Positions 38,436 to 51,075 of a DNA stretch of 64,000 nt are shown here, piece after piece; the first letter of the stretch is position 1, and every line of letters starts with the position of its first letter. Location: positions 2,114,222 through 2,178,221 of the forward strand of contig NW_003314261.1 of the NCBI RefSeq assembly GCF_000143415.4. Reading direction: 5' to 3'. The DNA is from Selaginella moellendorffii (taxonomy: Eukaryota > Plantae > Lycopodiophyta). A program made the translations under genes and the position numbers. Below the pieces are notes generated by a model. That model did not search any database, was not told the origin of the DNA, and worked only from the letters and a program-made list of their open reading frames with translations.

Positions 38436-41034
38436 AAAAGACCCAACTGAGCATTTCCCATGCTGCATCTGGAGCTTTCTTTGGATTCGAAAGCTCCATA
38501 GCCGTTTTCAGTTCCTCAGGCACGGGTAAATTGACCTCCCTCAGATCAATTCGATCGGCCTTGTCGAATGAAGCTGGGAAGTCACTCCAGTCCCACTCTA
38601 CTGCAGGACCAATAACAAGGGCGAGTGTGAAGATGCGAACATTCGTCGGTATCTTCTTCTTAGCCATTATCCCATGGATCTCCCGCATCTCCTTGCCTTT
38701 CAACCGAGCCTTCATCTCGTTCAAGGCCTTCCAGAACTTGTGATAGGATTTGGAGTCGTAGATCATATAGTGGACTGAAGATTCCACCTTTGCAAGTCCC
38801 ACCATTAAGTCAATGATGGAGCTGACTTCGTCTGCATGAGTGATCTCCTCGTTTGTGAAGTCCATCACACAAAAGATGTTCTTGACCTGCTCATCTCCGC
38901 GGGAAACGATGCTCCTCCACCTTTGATCCTCATCCGAATTCACGTATACCTGGTAAGGTTCTCGATAGGCCTCTGCTGTGGGGTCGAGCTGTTTCTGAAG
39001 CCGACGGTCGACATCCCTCTTAATGAAATTTAGATACTGATCCAACTTCTCAGCTTTACTTTTCATGGCATCCCACAGCAGATCGATGAACTTGGGGGCC
39101 CCCTTCACGTACTCGTCGATGTCTTCATTTGACAACTCCAACGCTTCCATCATCTCTTGCGTGGTGTCGATGCTCACCCTCTCCATGGCCACTTGCTCGA
39201 AGATCCAATCCTTCAATAGCACACGAGCTCTCAGAGTTGTGCACAAGTCATCGTATGTCACAATATGGCCGGGAGTCATTTTGGTCTTTGTTGAAGACTA
39301 CCTCACCACGTAGAAGAGCATTAGCCACTGTCAGAAGGTCGTCATCGTCTAGAGACCGCGAGAAACGCAAGGCATTGAGCTTCAAATCATTGGGCTTCTG
39401 GCCATCCTCCACACCCATTGAGTTTAGCAACTCCCCGTCATGGTACCTCCTTAGCACATCTACCCATTTGTCAAAAACAACTTTTGTCGCGAGTAGAATT
39501 TTATGGATGCTGAGTGTGTCATTGACCACCAGTGTTTTCGAGAGAAGACTCGAGAATTCCTGCAATGGAAATGGCATGAGGCCACATGCTATGCCACATG
39601 CAACGAGGCTTACCTGCCAGGCGCTAGTTTCTAGTGCACGTCCTTGTCCTGGTTTTTGTGGCTTCTTCAGTTGAACCCAGAGCTTCCGTGTTCGTGCCAA
39701 TGTCTCGTGTAGACCCGATTTATAGCACGTTTCTTGCTTGACATTCTGCGCGTGGGAGATGTATATGATAGATCGGAGGGGCGAGTTGCCTTTTATCAGG
39801 CGGACAACTCTTGTCTTGAAGACTTTCTTCACCTCCTCGCCCACCATAATATCCACAACTATCTCTTGCATCGCCAAGCTAGAATGCTGCCCGGAGACGG
39901 CATAGAATTGGATGTTCTGATCATCCAACACCTTCCTATTGATCAAGTCTGGAAACCTCATCTCGCCCTTCATTGTTCGGTAGTAAGGGATCACGTCTGC
40001 AATGTCGGGTGTTACTGGACTTGCCAGCATCTTCTGCTTCAGTTTCTCCACCCACTCATCAGATACTAGCCTGTAGTTGTATTTGCTTTGGATGTCGATA
40101 TGGCTCACGTCGATTGTATATACTTTGTTGGAATAGTAACAAGTACTATTATCTACGACGATTTTTGCTGCCTCTTCTTGCTCTTTCTGCTCTTTAAGGC
40201 TCTTCTTTTTGGTGGGTGTAGTGTTCGAACCCAAGGCAATGGCATCACCGAGTAGCTTCTTTTTTGGAGCAGGAGAGTCGGACGTCGACTTGAGCTTGAC
40301 CACCCTTTTCTGCTTTAGGGTAGTTTCCAGATCGACCCCCTTCCCCTTCGCTTCGCGAACTGGAGGCACTCTTAATGGCTCAATGTTGAAATATAGTTTT
40401 TGAACATCGCCGTAGGTGAGGTCTGTGGATTCCATGTGATCTTCATAGACCCGTAGCATCTTTGAAATTGTGGGCCTCCTGGACAACCTCTCCCTAGCTC
40501 CCTCTAGGAATTCCTCATAGCCGCTGCCCCCCTCCGGCAAGCCGCTAGGATGTGCAAGGTGGATCTTGAAGGCGGACGCTGTCTCTACCACAAGTGCTAG
40601 TCCATATTCTTGCATGGAACTGCATGGAGTGTCTGTCACTTGGATGAGGATCCCCGTGCATTCTTTTCTCCCACCATCTGTGTTGTACAGCCTCAGATCC
40701 TCGCTTTCCATCCCGAAAGTCCAACTGGTGAGCTCCTCCCCCTTCTCTGCATCCACATTGACAGTGGCTAGAAGAAGAACGCAATTCCTCGCCTGTTCAG
40801 AAATGCACAACAATTAGAGCTAACAGATGAAAAGCTAGCAGCTAGAAATAACGTGAGGCCACATGCCATTCACCACTGCATCAGATGTCTTGAGGCTACA
40901 TCCTAAGATGGCGTGAGGCTACACGCCATCTGTAACCGGACTGCACTCGAGAGCCCAATCGGTGCATGCCAATTTTGCTACTGAATGGCATGTGGCCTCA
41001 TGCCATTTTCTACTTGGCCTAAAAGACTTACCAT
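38434..41034 (-). pseudogene. ParB/Srx-like + degenerate DNA-methyltransferase-like gene 2 (5' part; one frameshift at ~39280)
   Basis: ATG|GTAAG intron 41031-40793; IDIQSKYNYRLVSDEWVEKLKQKML..FYAVSGQHSSLAM..ISHAQN (ParB-like); 54-bp intron 39613-39560; IFCVMDF..KKAPDAAWEMLSWVF. Confidence 0.6.
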
Positions 41035-42059
41035 TTGAAGCCGAATGGAGGCATGACAATCGAGGCCGGACTCGCTGGCGAATGTGCACTGTGTGTGCAG
41101 CGGATCTTAGCAGCAAGGCTACTCTGCCACTTACAGTTGGAGAGTGGCGCTGAAATCTCCTAGGACGCCAAGTGGGCTGCGTGTGGGTGGCGGAGTGGGC
41201 GGCGGAGTTGGCAGTGAAGTTACAAACTGGGTGTGTCTTGAAGTGGACGCCGATGCACACGAGCGCGATGCGAGCGCGAGTGTGATGCAAGCGCGAGTGG
41301 ACGCCGATGCACACGAGAAACCTGTAGAGAAGGTAGATGAGCACGAATGTGAGTGTGATCGCGAGTGGGAGCACGATGCGAGCGTGAGTACGATGCAAAA
41401 CCTAACCTCACACGCGTGAAATGTCACGACGGTTGGTAATCCCGCAACGTCATCATTCCTCAGACTTGGGCGCCACCATTAATTTCTGGATCGCCGCGCG
41501 CATGCATGCACATGAAATCCAAAAGAAATCCGCAATGTCATCATTCCTCGGACTGCATGCACGTGAAATCCAAAAGAAAGATCATGATTGGGATATCATT
41601 TAATACCCTCGCTATATTTATACCATGCATGATTGGATATTCCAAAGCATCTTGTATTTCCAAAAATGCCAGATGTTTAGCTAAATAAAGAATGGTATAC
41701 AATGTCCTTCTTGATGACCCTGCAAAGAAGCATCTTGATCGGACACCACATGAGACCACATGAGCCTTACAATGTTTCAGGGGCATTTGCCATAGATCCG
41801 ACCGTTATTTTGCTCCAAGATTTTACAGTTTGGTGTGCATTGACCTTTCCATCGACATTGCAAAGGGACATTATAATCAGATGCGGGATCACAAGAAACT
41901 AACATCACTAACTCTGGTTTCACCAAGATCTATGTAAGGAGTTATGAAATGAAAGGACCCTCTCTATTGAAATGTGTTTATGGTCCTAGGGGCATTGTGA
42001 CATATCAAAGGATTTTGCATCAAGTTCTGTATTTGCATGTTTATCAAGCTACTAAATTG

Positions 42060-42086
42060 CTAAACCCTAAACCCTAAACCCTAAAC
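42060..42086. repeat. Short plant telomeric (CCCTAAA)n / telo-box tract between the two divergent TE genes
   Basis: CTAAACCCTAAACCCTAAACCCTAAAC. Confidence 0.85.
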
Positions 42087-43198
42087 ATGTGGCAAATGCT
42101 GTGTGAAGAAAGATGCCCTTTCTAGGCAAATGCTGTAAGAGGCAGATGCCGAGCAGATGTATCTCAGGCTAGCGAAGGGGACAAATGAAAGCTAGCTATA
42201 AACATGACGGGATGCAAATAGATTACTAGGTTTGTCCTGCAAAAATCAAAAACCATAATTGAAAACATTGAAAATGCAAAAAGAAAAGTTTATAATATTT
42301 TAAGCAACTAAAGGAATGTAAGTAGGGCATGTGTTTGTAAGTTTAAAAATGCCTCAACCACTTAAATTCCCAAGTAAATAAAGTTGTTTCTATTTTTGGC
42401 ACAGGTAAACTTTATAGCGTGTGGGCTCATGCAATTTTGAACCCAAAAATGCACCCAAAAATGCTCGACTAGCATTATTCTTTGAATGGCGTGTGGCCTT
42501 ATATTGCCATAAATGGACGTACACACACAGCATAATTATTCCTTTACACGGCGAATAATCTTGGCGCGGATCGCTGACACGGCATGGCAAAGTTTGAATC
42601 ACTGACATGGCATAGCTGGATCGAGGCAAGGACATGATGTGACAAAGTTCAACCTCCGACAGCAAAGTCTAGAAGCTACTCAGTTTGAAATTTGTCAGAG
42701 GAATCATAAGATCTAGTTTGTCAAAGGATTTGATGTGACGTTCAAGCGTGTGTTATTTTTGAATTCTCGAACTCATTCCTAAGTCTATCATTTTTGTGCG
42801 CCGTGTTCTTGGTTCCGCTGAGCGCAGTTAGCGCTGCTTGTGTAAGCGGCGTTGTGAGCTGTGGTTTATGCGTCTACAAGCGGTTGCGGCATTGCGAGCG
42901 CCATTGCGAGCGGCAGTTTATGCGAGTGGCAGTTTGTGCGAGCGGCGCTACGAGCAGTTGCGGTGTTGCGAGCGGCGCTACGAGTAGTTGCGGTGTTGCG
43001 AGCGGCACTGTCTTTGGTGTGGCTACCGCTTCCTCTTGATATTCGGCACTTGTGCTTCCTGGTATGTTCACCATGGAATGGCTTAGGACCACATTTAGAA
43101 ATGGCATGAGGCCACATGCCATCTTGGGCCCTTGCAATTTCATGGCTAGCGTATTGTCATGTATGTTTTTACTTGCCTGCAGCTATGTGTATATCAAG

Positions 43199-43390
43199 AT
43201 GGCATGAGGCCTTATGCCATCTTTGGCCCCTGCTAGCCTATTGCCATATTCCTTTTGCCTTGCTGCAACTGTATATATTTTTGTCTGGGTGACTAGTCAC
43301 GCACACAAAAATATATACAGTTGCAGCAAGGCAAAAGGAATATAGCAACAGGCTAGCAGGGGCCAAAGATAGCGTGAGGCCTCATGCCAT
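43199..43390. repeat. Near-perfect ~190-bp inverted repeat (hairpin) upstream of the transposase ATG
   Basis: Arms pair around the centre GTGACTAGTCAC; each end is a copy of the 22-bp palindrome. Confidence 0.92.
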
Positions 43391-43578
43391 TAGTGGTACC
43401 ACTAATGGCATGAGGGCTCATACCAATTTTGTGAATGCAAAATTTCACATGGGTGTCAATAGCATGTTTGAATAATGGCATGTGGCCTCATGCTATTGAG
43501 GTTGTTTGGTATGTTATGATTTAGGCCATTCTCCAATCATTTTTTGTATGGTCTTAACTTCTTTTCTGCACTTTCAGA

Positions 43579-46500
43579 ATGGCCTTCAGGGTTGGGGAAA
43601 AGGTTTACATTTTGAATGGTGGGAAGAGAGTTGCAAAAGGGACCCTTGTGTCTATGGATCGGAACTTTGTTATACACTGTCAAAGGCTTGGGGAAGGCAA
43701 TGCTGCTGTATCAGTAGAGACTGTCTTCAATGGGAATGTAGTCGCTATTGAACGAGGAGAGATGGTCGTTGAGGTAAATGTTGTTGTTGCCTTGAAAAAT
43801 CTTCAGAAGAAAGCAGATGCTGGGGACAGCGCAAGTGCGACGCATGTTCCCTCCGTGGATCTTAAGAACCGTGCTACATGGATTCAGGCAAAGGTGTTTC
43901 TAAACAACCTCAAGGGGGAGGTGGTAGCTGAGGGCTTAGCCACAGTTGTCGATCCACGAGATGCGGTTGCTAATCAAGAATTGGGCTAGGATGATATTGG
44001 AGTTGCGATTTTAGAGGTTGTTGACACAGAAGAAAACAGTTTGACTATTGGAAGCATTGTGCGGTGGAAATTGAGGCACTTAGTGTTTGAAAATGTGAAG
44101 GATTCACAATCAAACACCACTACAACTGATGACAGAACATCTCTTCATGGGAAAAGAAAGTACACCTTCCTAAAGCGCAGCCAAAGGGATCTAAGCAACG
44201 AACCGAAAAGGCAGAAAATAGCGATGGAGGTTCAAATGGTCTCGACAGTTGCTTGTTGCAAGAGGAGATGCTGTCAACATGCTGATTGGGATGCTATTGA
44301 AGAGGAGAGAGCAAGATACAAGACATTGTCCTAGAAGGCAGCTCGCAATTTTGTGTATGAGGCATTACGGTCATCTGTTGATGCTTCAGAACATCAGGTG
44401 GGGGGCATGGTCTTCCAGAGGGGTTTGGTCTGCATGAAGGCATGGAGAATCATTTATGGAGTCCCTCAAACCACATTCTACAGAATCAAAACTCAGTTCG
44501 AGGAACAAAGGGTTTAACAGGTAGTCCATGGGAACGACGGTACGCACAAAACCAGGGTCATATTTTATATGGAGAGGCAATCTTCAAGAGGTTTGTCGAG
44601 ACATGTAGCGAGCAGCAACCACATAAAACCTGCCTCTTGGAAGATGGAACACGAGACACCCAACGAGTTCTCCCTTCCATGTATACCAAGGGAGCCATAT
44701 TGGAAGATGTGAATCGGGAACTCTAGAGTAATGGCTACAAGAAGCTGAGCCAATCTAGATTTAGTAGATTGTGGAGCAATAGGTTCAGGGATGTGAGTAT
44801 AGGAAAGTACTCCAGCTTTTCAAAGTGTGACGAGTGCACTGCTATCAAAATGGCTTTGTCGAAGAATTCTTGCAGCGCTCAAGAGCGAGAGACGTTGGTT
44901 AGAAGGCGGCTCGACCACAACATCGAGCAGAGAAGCTGCAGGACTACATATTATCATAACAGAATTCTCTCCATGGAGAGACCTGACTCTTACCTCTGCA
45001 TCACCCACGACAAAATGGACCAGAAAAAGATGTGCTTACCTCGACTCAATCCTGCCCCCAAGGCAATCTCTTCATCCATGCAGCTGACTGTGTCTCTGTT
45101 TGGCATAATTGCTCATGGGCATGGTGCCCAGAACTATGGGAACTTCTTTGTACCTCTATGGGGTGGCGGGGGTGCAAACATGATGATTGCATCCCTAGCA
45201 AAACACTTAAGGTCTCTGCAAAGTGCGCAGACTGAGCTGAATGGCCAACCCTTGCATAAGGCCCTTGTCGATCGAACCCCATACAGGGTTCAGCTGGAGG
45301 AGGAGCAAAGGCTTGCAGTATCGCGTGGGGCCCCATGCCATCCCAGTGAATTGTTGGCCGTCAGATTGTAGGGTTATCACGTGAGGCCTCATGCCATTCC
45401 GACGAGGCTGGTCTCCCGGTGAATGCACAGCCTCATCCAAACGAAGCAGAATCTCAAGGAAGTTCTTGCGGCCGATGTGGCCTTCCACCCCATCTTCTGC
45501 TCCAAACAGACATGCTGGCAGTGAGAACAAAAATATGTACGTCTTCGCGTACTTGGCGATGCTTGTTGCCAAAGGCATATTTGAAACGGTTACACTTGGC
45601 TTTCTCATGGTTAGGCACACTCATGAAGACGTCGATGCCATGTTCAGTCACCTGGCAGAGTCCCTCCGGCGATCCAATGTCCTCACCCTCCCACAACTCT
45701 ATGATGAATTCCAAAATTGCATCAAAGGCACTGTTGAAGCTGCACTTGTGACAGAGGTTCCAGACTTTAAGGGGTTTGTAAGAGGCTACATCAGGGACGG
45801 ATCCGAAACGTTGATTGGCCACTCCAAGCCTCTTCAGTTTCATTTCAGCATGCGTGACAGTGCTCCAGTGATGAGGTACAAGATGAGAGAATGGGACACA
45901 GTGTGGCTGCCAATGGATGCCATTGAACTCTTCAAGAGAGATCCCATAACTGGGGAACCTATGATTCCTCAGGGTTCCCCACGGCCGATGCACCCGGATG
46001 GACTCAAAGACCAGGAAAGTATAGTGGCCAGGATTAGACAGCATATTGCCTTCTGGAAGAGGGGGTTGGTGTTTGGTGGAGAATCCTATTTTAAGAGGTG
46101 CAAGCCTTTGCTCGAATACTGGGAGAAGATTATATCTGCTATCCAAAATGGGCCGGTTGTATATGAAGAATTGGAAGAGTCCTTTTGGCCAGAACCCAGA
46201 GCACCAGATAGTAGCAGAACAATGTCCTCTGGAAATGCAGTGACAGATAACGATGTTGAGGATCACTATTGTGGGCCGAGGAACAAGAAGCCAGATTCAG
46301 CATTCAATCCAGTACAAGTCTGCAAAAGAATGGTCGTGCTTGTCAGACCCAGTAATAAAAAACAAATGATATGGGTGGGGCGTTGCATCACTGATGCAGA
46401 GGAGGACGCGGAAACTAACTCCTTCAATGTAACTGTGGAGTGGTTCAAGCCAAGTTCCGGATATACGAAGGATTGCCTAGAAAAGAGATGGGTGCTGAAT

Positions 46501-46717
46501 CCAAGGGATCCCAGTATGAGCATATCGGTGGATAATGTTGTGCATGGTTGGATGCGGAAGCAGAGTGCCACCATCACCTTGCCAGACCATGCAAGAGATG
46601 CAACAAGAGCATTTATAACCCGGGTTCAAGGTGAGATTCATTAATATTCCTTTATTAAGTTTCTAATGTATTTTATTTCAAGGTGAACAATCCGAATCTG
46701 AATCAGAGGAGGCGTGA
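43579..46717 (+). mobile_element. Decayed DDD transposase, Sola1-like (DUF7869-type), with En/Spm-associated-like N-terminal repeats and an SH3/Tudor-like C-terminus
   Basis: CCKRRCC..VCMKAWRIIYG; FSKCDEC; THDKMDQ; LPPHLLLQTD/AGSENKN; FLMVRHTHEDVDAMFS; several in-frame stops and frameshifts. Confidence 0.75.
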
Positions 46718-47357
46718 TGGCATGTGGCCTTACGCCATTCCTAGGTGAGATGATACAAATAACAAGTATAAATTCTTAGTTGTTCTAGCAAATCTTACTT
46801 AAAGTTCAAGGTGAACAAGCCGAATATGAATTCATCGGATTGTTATAACAAATTGCAAGGTGATGGCATGAGGCAATACGCCATTTGAGAGTGGTAGCCA
46901 TTCCTATATGAGGTGAGTGAAATATTTATTAGAAATACCTCATTCAATTGTGCACTTCTAAGTTTTGGTCCACTCAGTACTGTTTGCATGTTTCTATTTT
47001 AATTCTTTCTCTAAAATGTTATTTAGCATGTGGCTTCATGCTATTGCTCTCCACAATCATGCATTGAATTTTTCTATCCTTGCATAATACTTCTCCATAT
47101 ATATAGCATGTGCGCACATGTGATATGGTTCATTAGGCCTGATATAGTGTGTGAGGTAAAACAAAGATGATGTGACATATGCATTTACCAATCACACATG
47201 CATAAATCTAATAATATGGCATGTGGCCCATATTAATGGCACATAAACCCATATTGTGGGCTTACGTGCTTTATGTACCATCATTCCCTTGCAGCGTGTG
47301 TGTTGGTTTCCTTTTATAACACAACGAACTCCATATTTTAGGGTGAAGAGCATTCTC

Positions 47358-47615
47358 ATGGCAAGCACAAAATCTGTAAGTGAGGCAGAAAAGGAGACGG
47401 AGAAGGAGATAGGTGAAGATGTAGAATATATAAGTCTTCCAAACTCCCCATACTATACTCCAGGTGATCATTTTTCTGAACAAACGGCAACATTAACAAC
47501 TATCGAGAACGCCCCAGTAACGTTAGAGACAACAATCCAAAGCAAAATAACTGACCCAGAGAAGGATGATAGTACCGCTGAGAGTACCAAAAAGGAGGTG
47601 TCCACTAGCGCTTAG
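47358..47615 (+). CDS. Small acidic S/T-rich ORF downstream of the transposase; homolog of 28877-29125
   Basis: MASTKSVSEAEKE..EDVEYISLPNSPYYTP..NAPVTLETTIQSK..TAESTKK; flanked by palindrome copies. Confidence 0.5.
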   Translation: MASTKSVSEAEKETEKEIGEDVEYISLPNSPYYTPGDHFSEQTATLTTIENAPVTLETTIQSKITDPEKDDSTAESTKKEVSTSA

Positions 47616-48699
47616 GCTTATAATGGCATGTGCCCTCATGCCATTTACTTGATCACCAAATACCTTTTTCCCTTTGCACTAGTATATCTTAATACTTGTT
47701 TGAGAAATAGAATGGCATGTGCCCTCAGGCCTTTTACTAAATCACCTTTGAAAGAAATGCAAGCCTCTATGTCGTAAAAAAAAGGTACTAGAGAAATTCC
47801 TTAATAATATGAATGTTATTTAGTTTCATGAATGAGTTAAATGACTTCTCCAGACTAGCAATGCCTCTTGCTACACCTTCACAATTAGATTCGTTAGAAA
47901 AAGATAACATTGAATAATATCTAAATGTTCTCACCATTAAGTTATATGTTTGGCTAATAGGAATGATGTTCATCTTGGAAAGCTCACCACACGCTCAATG
48001 AACAAACAAATAGTGTGTGCGCGCATGCCATCGCTCTTTTTTAGCTTCAGATTCGGCTTGTTCACCTTGATAATGAGATTTATTATACAACCAGATGGAC
48101 TCAGTCTGGACACAAAGTCACCGTGCTAGTCACCATGCCCCAGATATGTCTAGCCCCTGGACAAAAAACATATAATTTCACATCATTTTCAAATACTTGA
48201 AAATTTGTACCTAGTCCCATTTTACTGAATAAATCCCACTTTAACGAAATAGAGCTTTAAAGGAAAATCAGTTATGCCAATATGATGGTATAGTAAGTCC
48301 AAAAAAGTAGTCTCGGGGAGAGACCCATGGGAGGGTCGCAAAGTTGGGCCGTGGACGAAGCCCGTAGCAGAAATTGCTAAAGAGACCTACTAGGGGTGAG
48401 CACCCGCCGGACTTAGCAAAATAGAGCTTTTGCCATGGAACCAAAAAGATACCTCGAGAATGGAAGTAATAATCCTATGTTGCTCAATGCAACAATCAAT
48501 GGATAAAAGCAAAAGACTAGTGGCCAAGTGTGGGCCATGGAATTTATTGGAATGAATCCAAATAGCAAAGTTAGGCATGGAACACTAATGTGTTGGATGC
48601 TAACGGATTGTGAGAAAGGAAGTATGCTTCCAAGGATGGATTCCCAAATGCTCCAAGTTGGCAAAGGTGAAAGCTCCAAGGGAGAGGGCGGCAAAGTAG

Positions 48700-49425
48700 C
48701 CAAATGATAAGGAGACGAACGCTTTGGGCTTTCACCCTCTCAGACTCGGACTCAGACTTGGGCTCGGCCTCAGCCTCGGTCTTGGTCTCGATCCTAATCT
48801 CAGTCTCGTTCTCGATCTTGGTCCCGGTTTCGGTCCCGGTCTTGGTCTCGACCTCAGACTCCATCTCGAGTCCTTCTCAGACTCCATCTCGGATTCCATC
48901 TCAGGTCCATCTCGGATTCCATCTCAGGTCCATCTCAGACTCCATCTCGCATCCCTCTCGGACTCCATCTTGGACTCCATCTTGGTCCATCTCGGACTCC
49001 ATCTCAGACTCTGTCTCAATCCATCTCAGACTCTGTCTCGGTCTATCTCGGACTCCATCTCAGACTCCAACTCGGGTCCATCTCGGACTCTAGCTTGGAC
49101 TCCAACTCGGGTCCATCTCGGACTCCATCTCAAACTCCACCTCAGACTCCACTCGGACTCCAACTCGGGTCCATCTCTGACTCTATCTCTGACACTTCCA
49201 CGTGTCATATGTTGGTCCTTATGGGTCCCTTTTTTGGAGCCTCACTTATTGCTCACTTTGTGCTTGTTCCTCAAGCACTTTGTTGGGAGTTCCACTCCAG
49301 CTCTCAACTTTTCAAGTCGGAGCTTTTGGTCCAAATGTGTTACACTCATTTGGCTTTTGCTTTGGCCACTACCACGTGGCACCCTTCCAACTCCACTTTG
49401 GGGCCTAGGGATTTTGTGTTTCACA
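48700..49425. mobile_element. LTR-like repeat with a (GACTCCATCTC)n array; inverted homolog at 57226-57830
   Basis: Ends in ..GTGTTTCACA, and the homolog starts TGTGAGACAC; it truncates the adjacent duplicated segment at 49426. Confidence 0.65.
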
Positions 49426-50975
49426 CACAATCACCTGGAGTTTCTAGAATTTGAGGCTTTAGAAGTCTCCCTGACTATGTAGAAGCCATGGCTCAATATA
49501 TGCAACGTGAATCTTCCCCATAATACCAATATAGGAGGAAATTTAAAAGAAATCATTATGTTGATGATGAGGTAGAAGAAAGTTAATTGCATCTTTACAT
49601 AAAATGGAAACCTTGCTATATGTTAGATGTTAGTGAAAGTGTCAGATGTCAATGTTAGTGTAAGATACCATAATTGCAGATTATCATTCTCACTTGTCAC
49701 CATCACTTTGTAGCGCTTGTGTGTTGCCATCTCCTCCTTCAACATTTTGTAAACAATTATATGTGATATGATAGCACCTTCTAAAACAAGATACATTACC
49801 TACAACTAGTATCATTTAATTATATTTTTTCTTTTAATAGTGACAATACTATAGTATAGTAAAGTAATTCTAGATTTTACATTCCACTGTAGGGTGGCCT
49901 AAAAACCCCATATTTTACACTAGCCAATACAGTGTTTCCCAAAGGAATGTTGTTCCTCACTATGAAGCAATAGTGGGTATGTGTCCGTAACTCATTCTTG
50001 AATCTATTGTACATCCACAGGTGCACATTTTCCAGACCTACCGTTGGGCAATTCCTACAATGCTCAAGAAAAGTTTGTAAACCCATAGAGCCATTTGTCT
50101 TGTCCAAGAAAAAGTAGCATATTGGACACCAAATGTAATAGCATTCTGTGTTTTCAAGTAGTCCCGCCATGTCAGGAGCAAGATCTTGCAAAAACATGTG
50201 GCATTTCTCTTGAAGTGCTGGAGGCAATCCCTCTTTAGTAGCAAGATCCGGAATTTCACATATAGGGAGTTCTAGTTCAGCTTTACTAAAGCCCTCAGCA
50301 GAAAAAGGATTATTATATGGAGGTGAAGGTGGAATGTTGGTAGAACTTGGGGATAGAGGTGGAGATTGATATGAAATGCTGGGGGGCTAAGTACAAGTAG
50401 CAATGACTCTCCTTTAAGCCATTTCAATACAAACTTCTAAGGAGCTCAAGGAGAACAAAAAACCTACAATGACTATAACTTTTCTAGATAGTTTATATAC
50501 TAAGTTTTAGTCTTGGGAATGAGGTTTATTTATTATGACACTGCCAATACTTAGATTCTTTAAATGTCAGTCTTGGAAATGGGGCTTCATAATCATAGCT
50601 TTCTTGTAAACATAAGAGCTTCTAGAATTTTAGATTATCGTGTATACACATGCTCTATTATTATGATGAATCCTACTTTGCTACACATATATTCTTTTCT
50701 ACACATGCCAAATGTCTAGGGAAATAAATTGCAAGGAAATATAGATCATATTATAGTGGCAGAGCACGTTAGCACACTACCATTCTCTCATGTGAAATTA
50801 CCTTTTAGTCTTGAAAATGTAAATAAAGTTGATTCTTTGATATGATATTACTTTTGAGTCTTTTGAAAGATTTTGATTTCTTTTATCATTATTTACAAAT
50901 AATTCCCAAAAAATTTTAATGAGGATTCATTGCAAAATATACTTTGGTCTTATCATATGAGAGGAGTGCGATATA
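49426..50975. mobile_element. Second, inverted copy of ~29185-30720 (last exon of ParB-MTase gene 1 + Zn-finger ORF + flank)
   Basis: Colinear reverse-complement match over ~1.5 kb, running into the N gap. Confidence 0.9.
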
Positions 50976-51075
50976 NNNNNNNNNNNNNNNNNNNNNNNNN
51001 NNNNNNNNNNNNNNNNNNNNNNNNNNNNNNNNNNNNNNNNNNNNNNNNNNNNNNNNNNNNNNNNNNNNNNNNNNN
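50976..51075. other. Assembly gap (100 N)
   Basis: N run. Confidence 1.

Larger units (their letters stand above)
36960..48032. repeat. Dispersed 22-bp palindrome ATGGCATG(A/T)GGCC(T/A)CATGCCAT, more than 20 copies
   Basis: Copies near 36961, 37099, 37290, 39571, 40851, 40908, 40985, 42417, 42486, 43101, 43199, 43369, 43405, 43475, 45322, 45378, 46717, 46863, 47026, 47216, 47623, 47712, 48014. Confidence 0.92.

Noticed and set aside
42060-42086. Chromosome end or telomere fusion site
   Set aside because: Fewer than four units; more consistent with telo-box promoter elements
48571-49482. Long S/D/I- and L/G-rich ORFs on both strands (also 57157-57911)
   Set aside because: Artefacts of the 11-12 bp GACTCCATCTC tandem repeat in an LTR-like sequence
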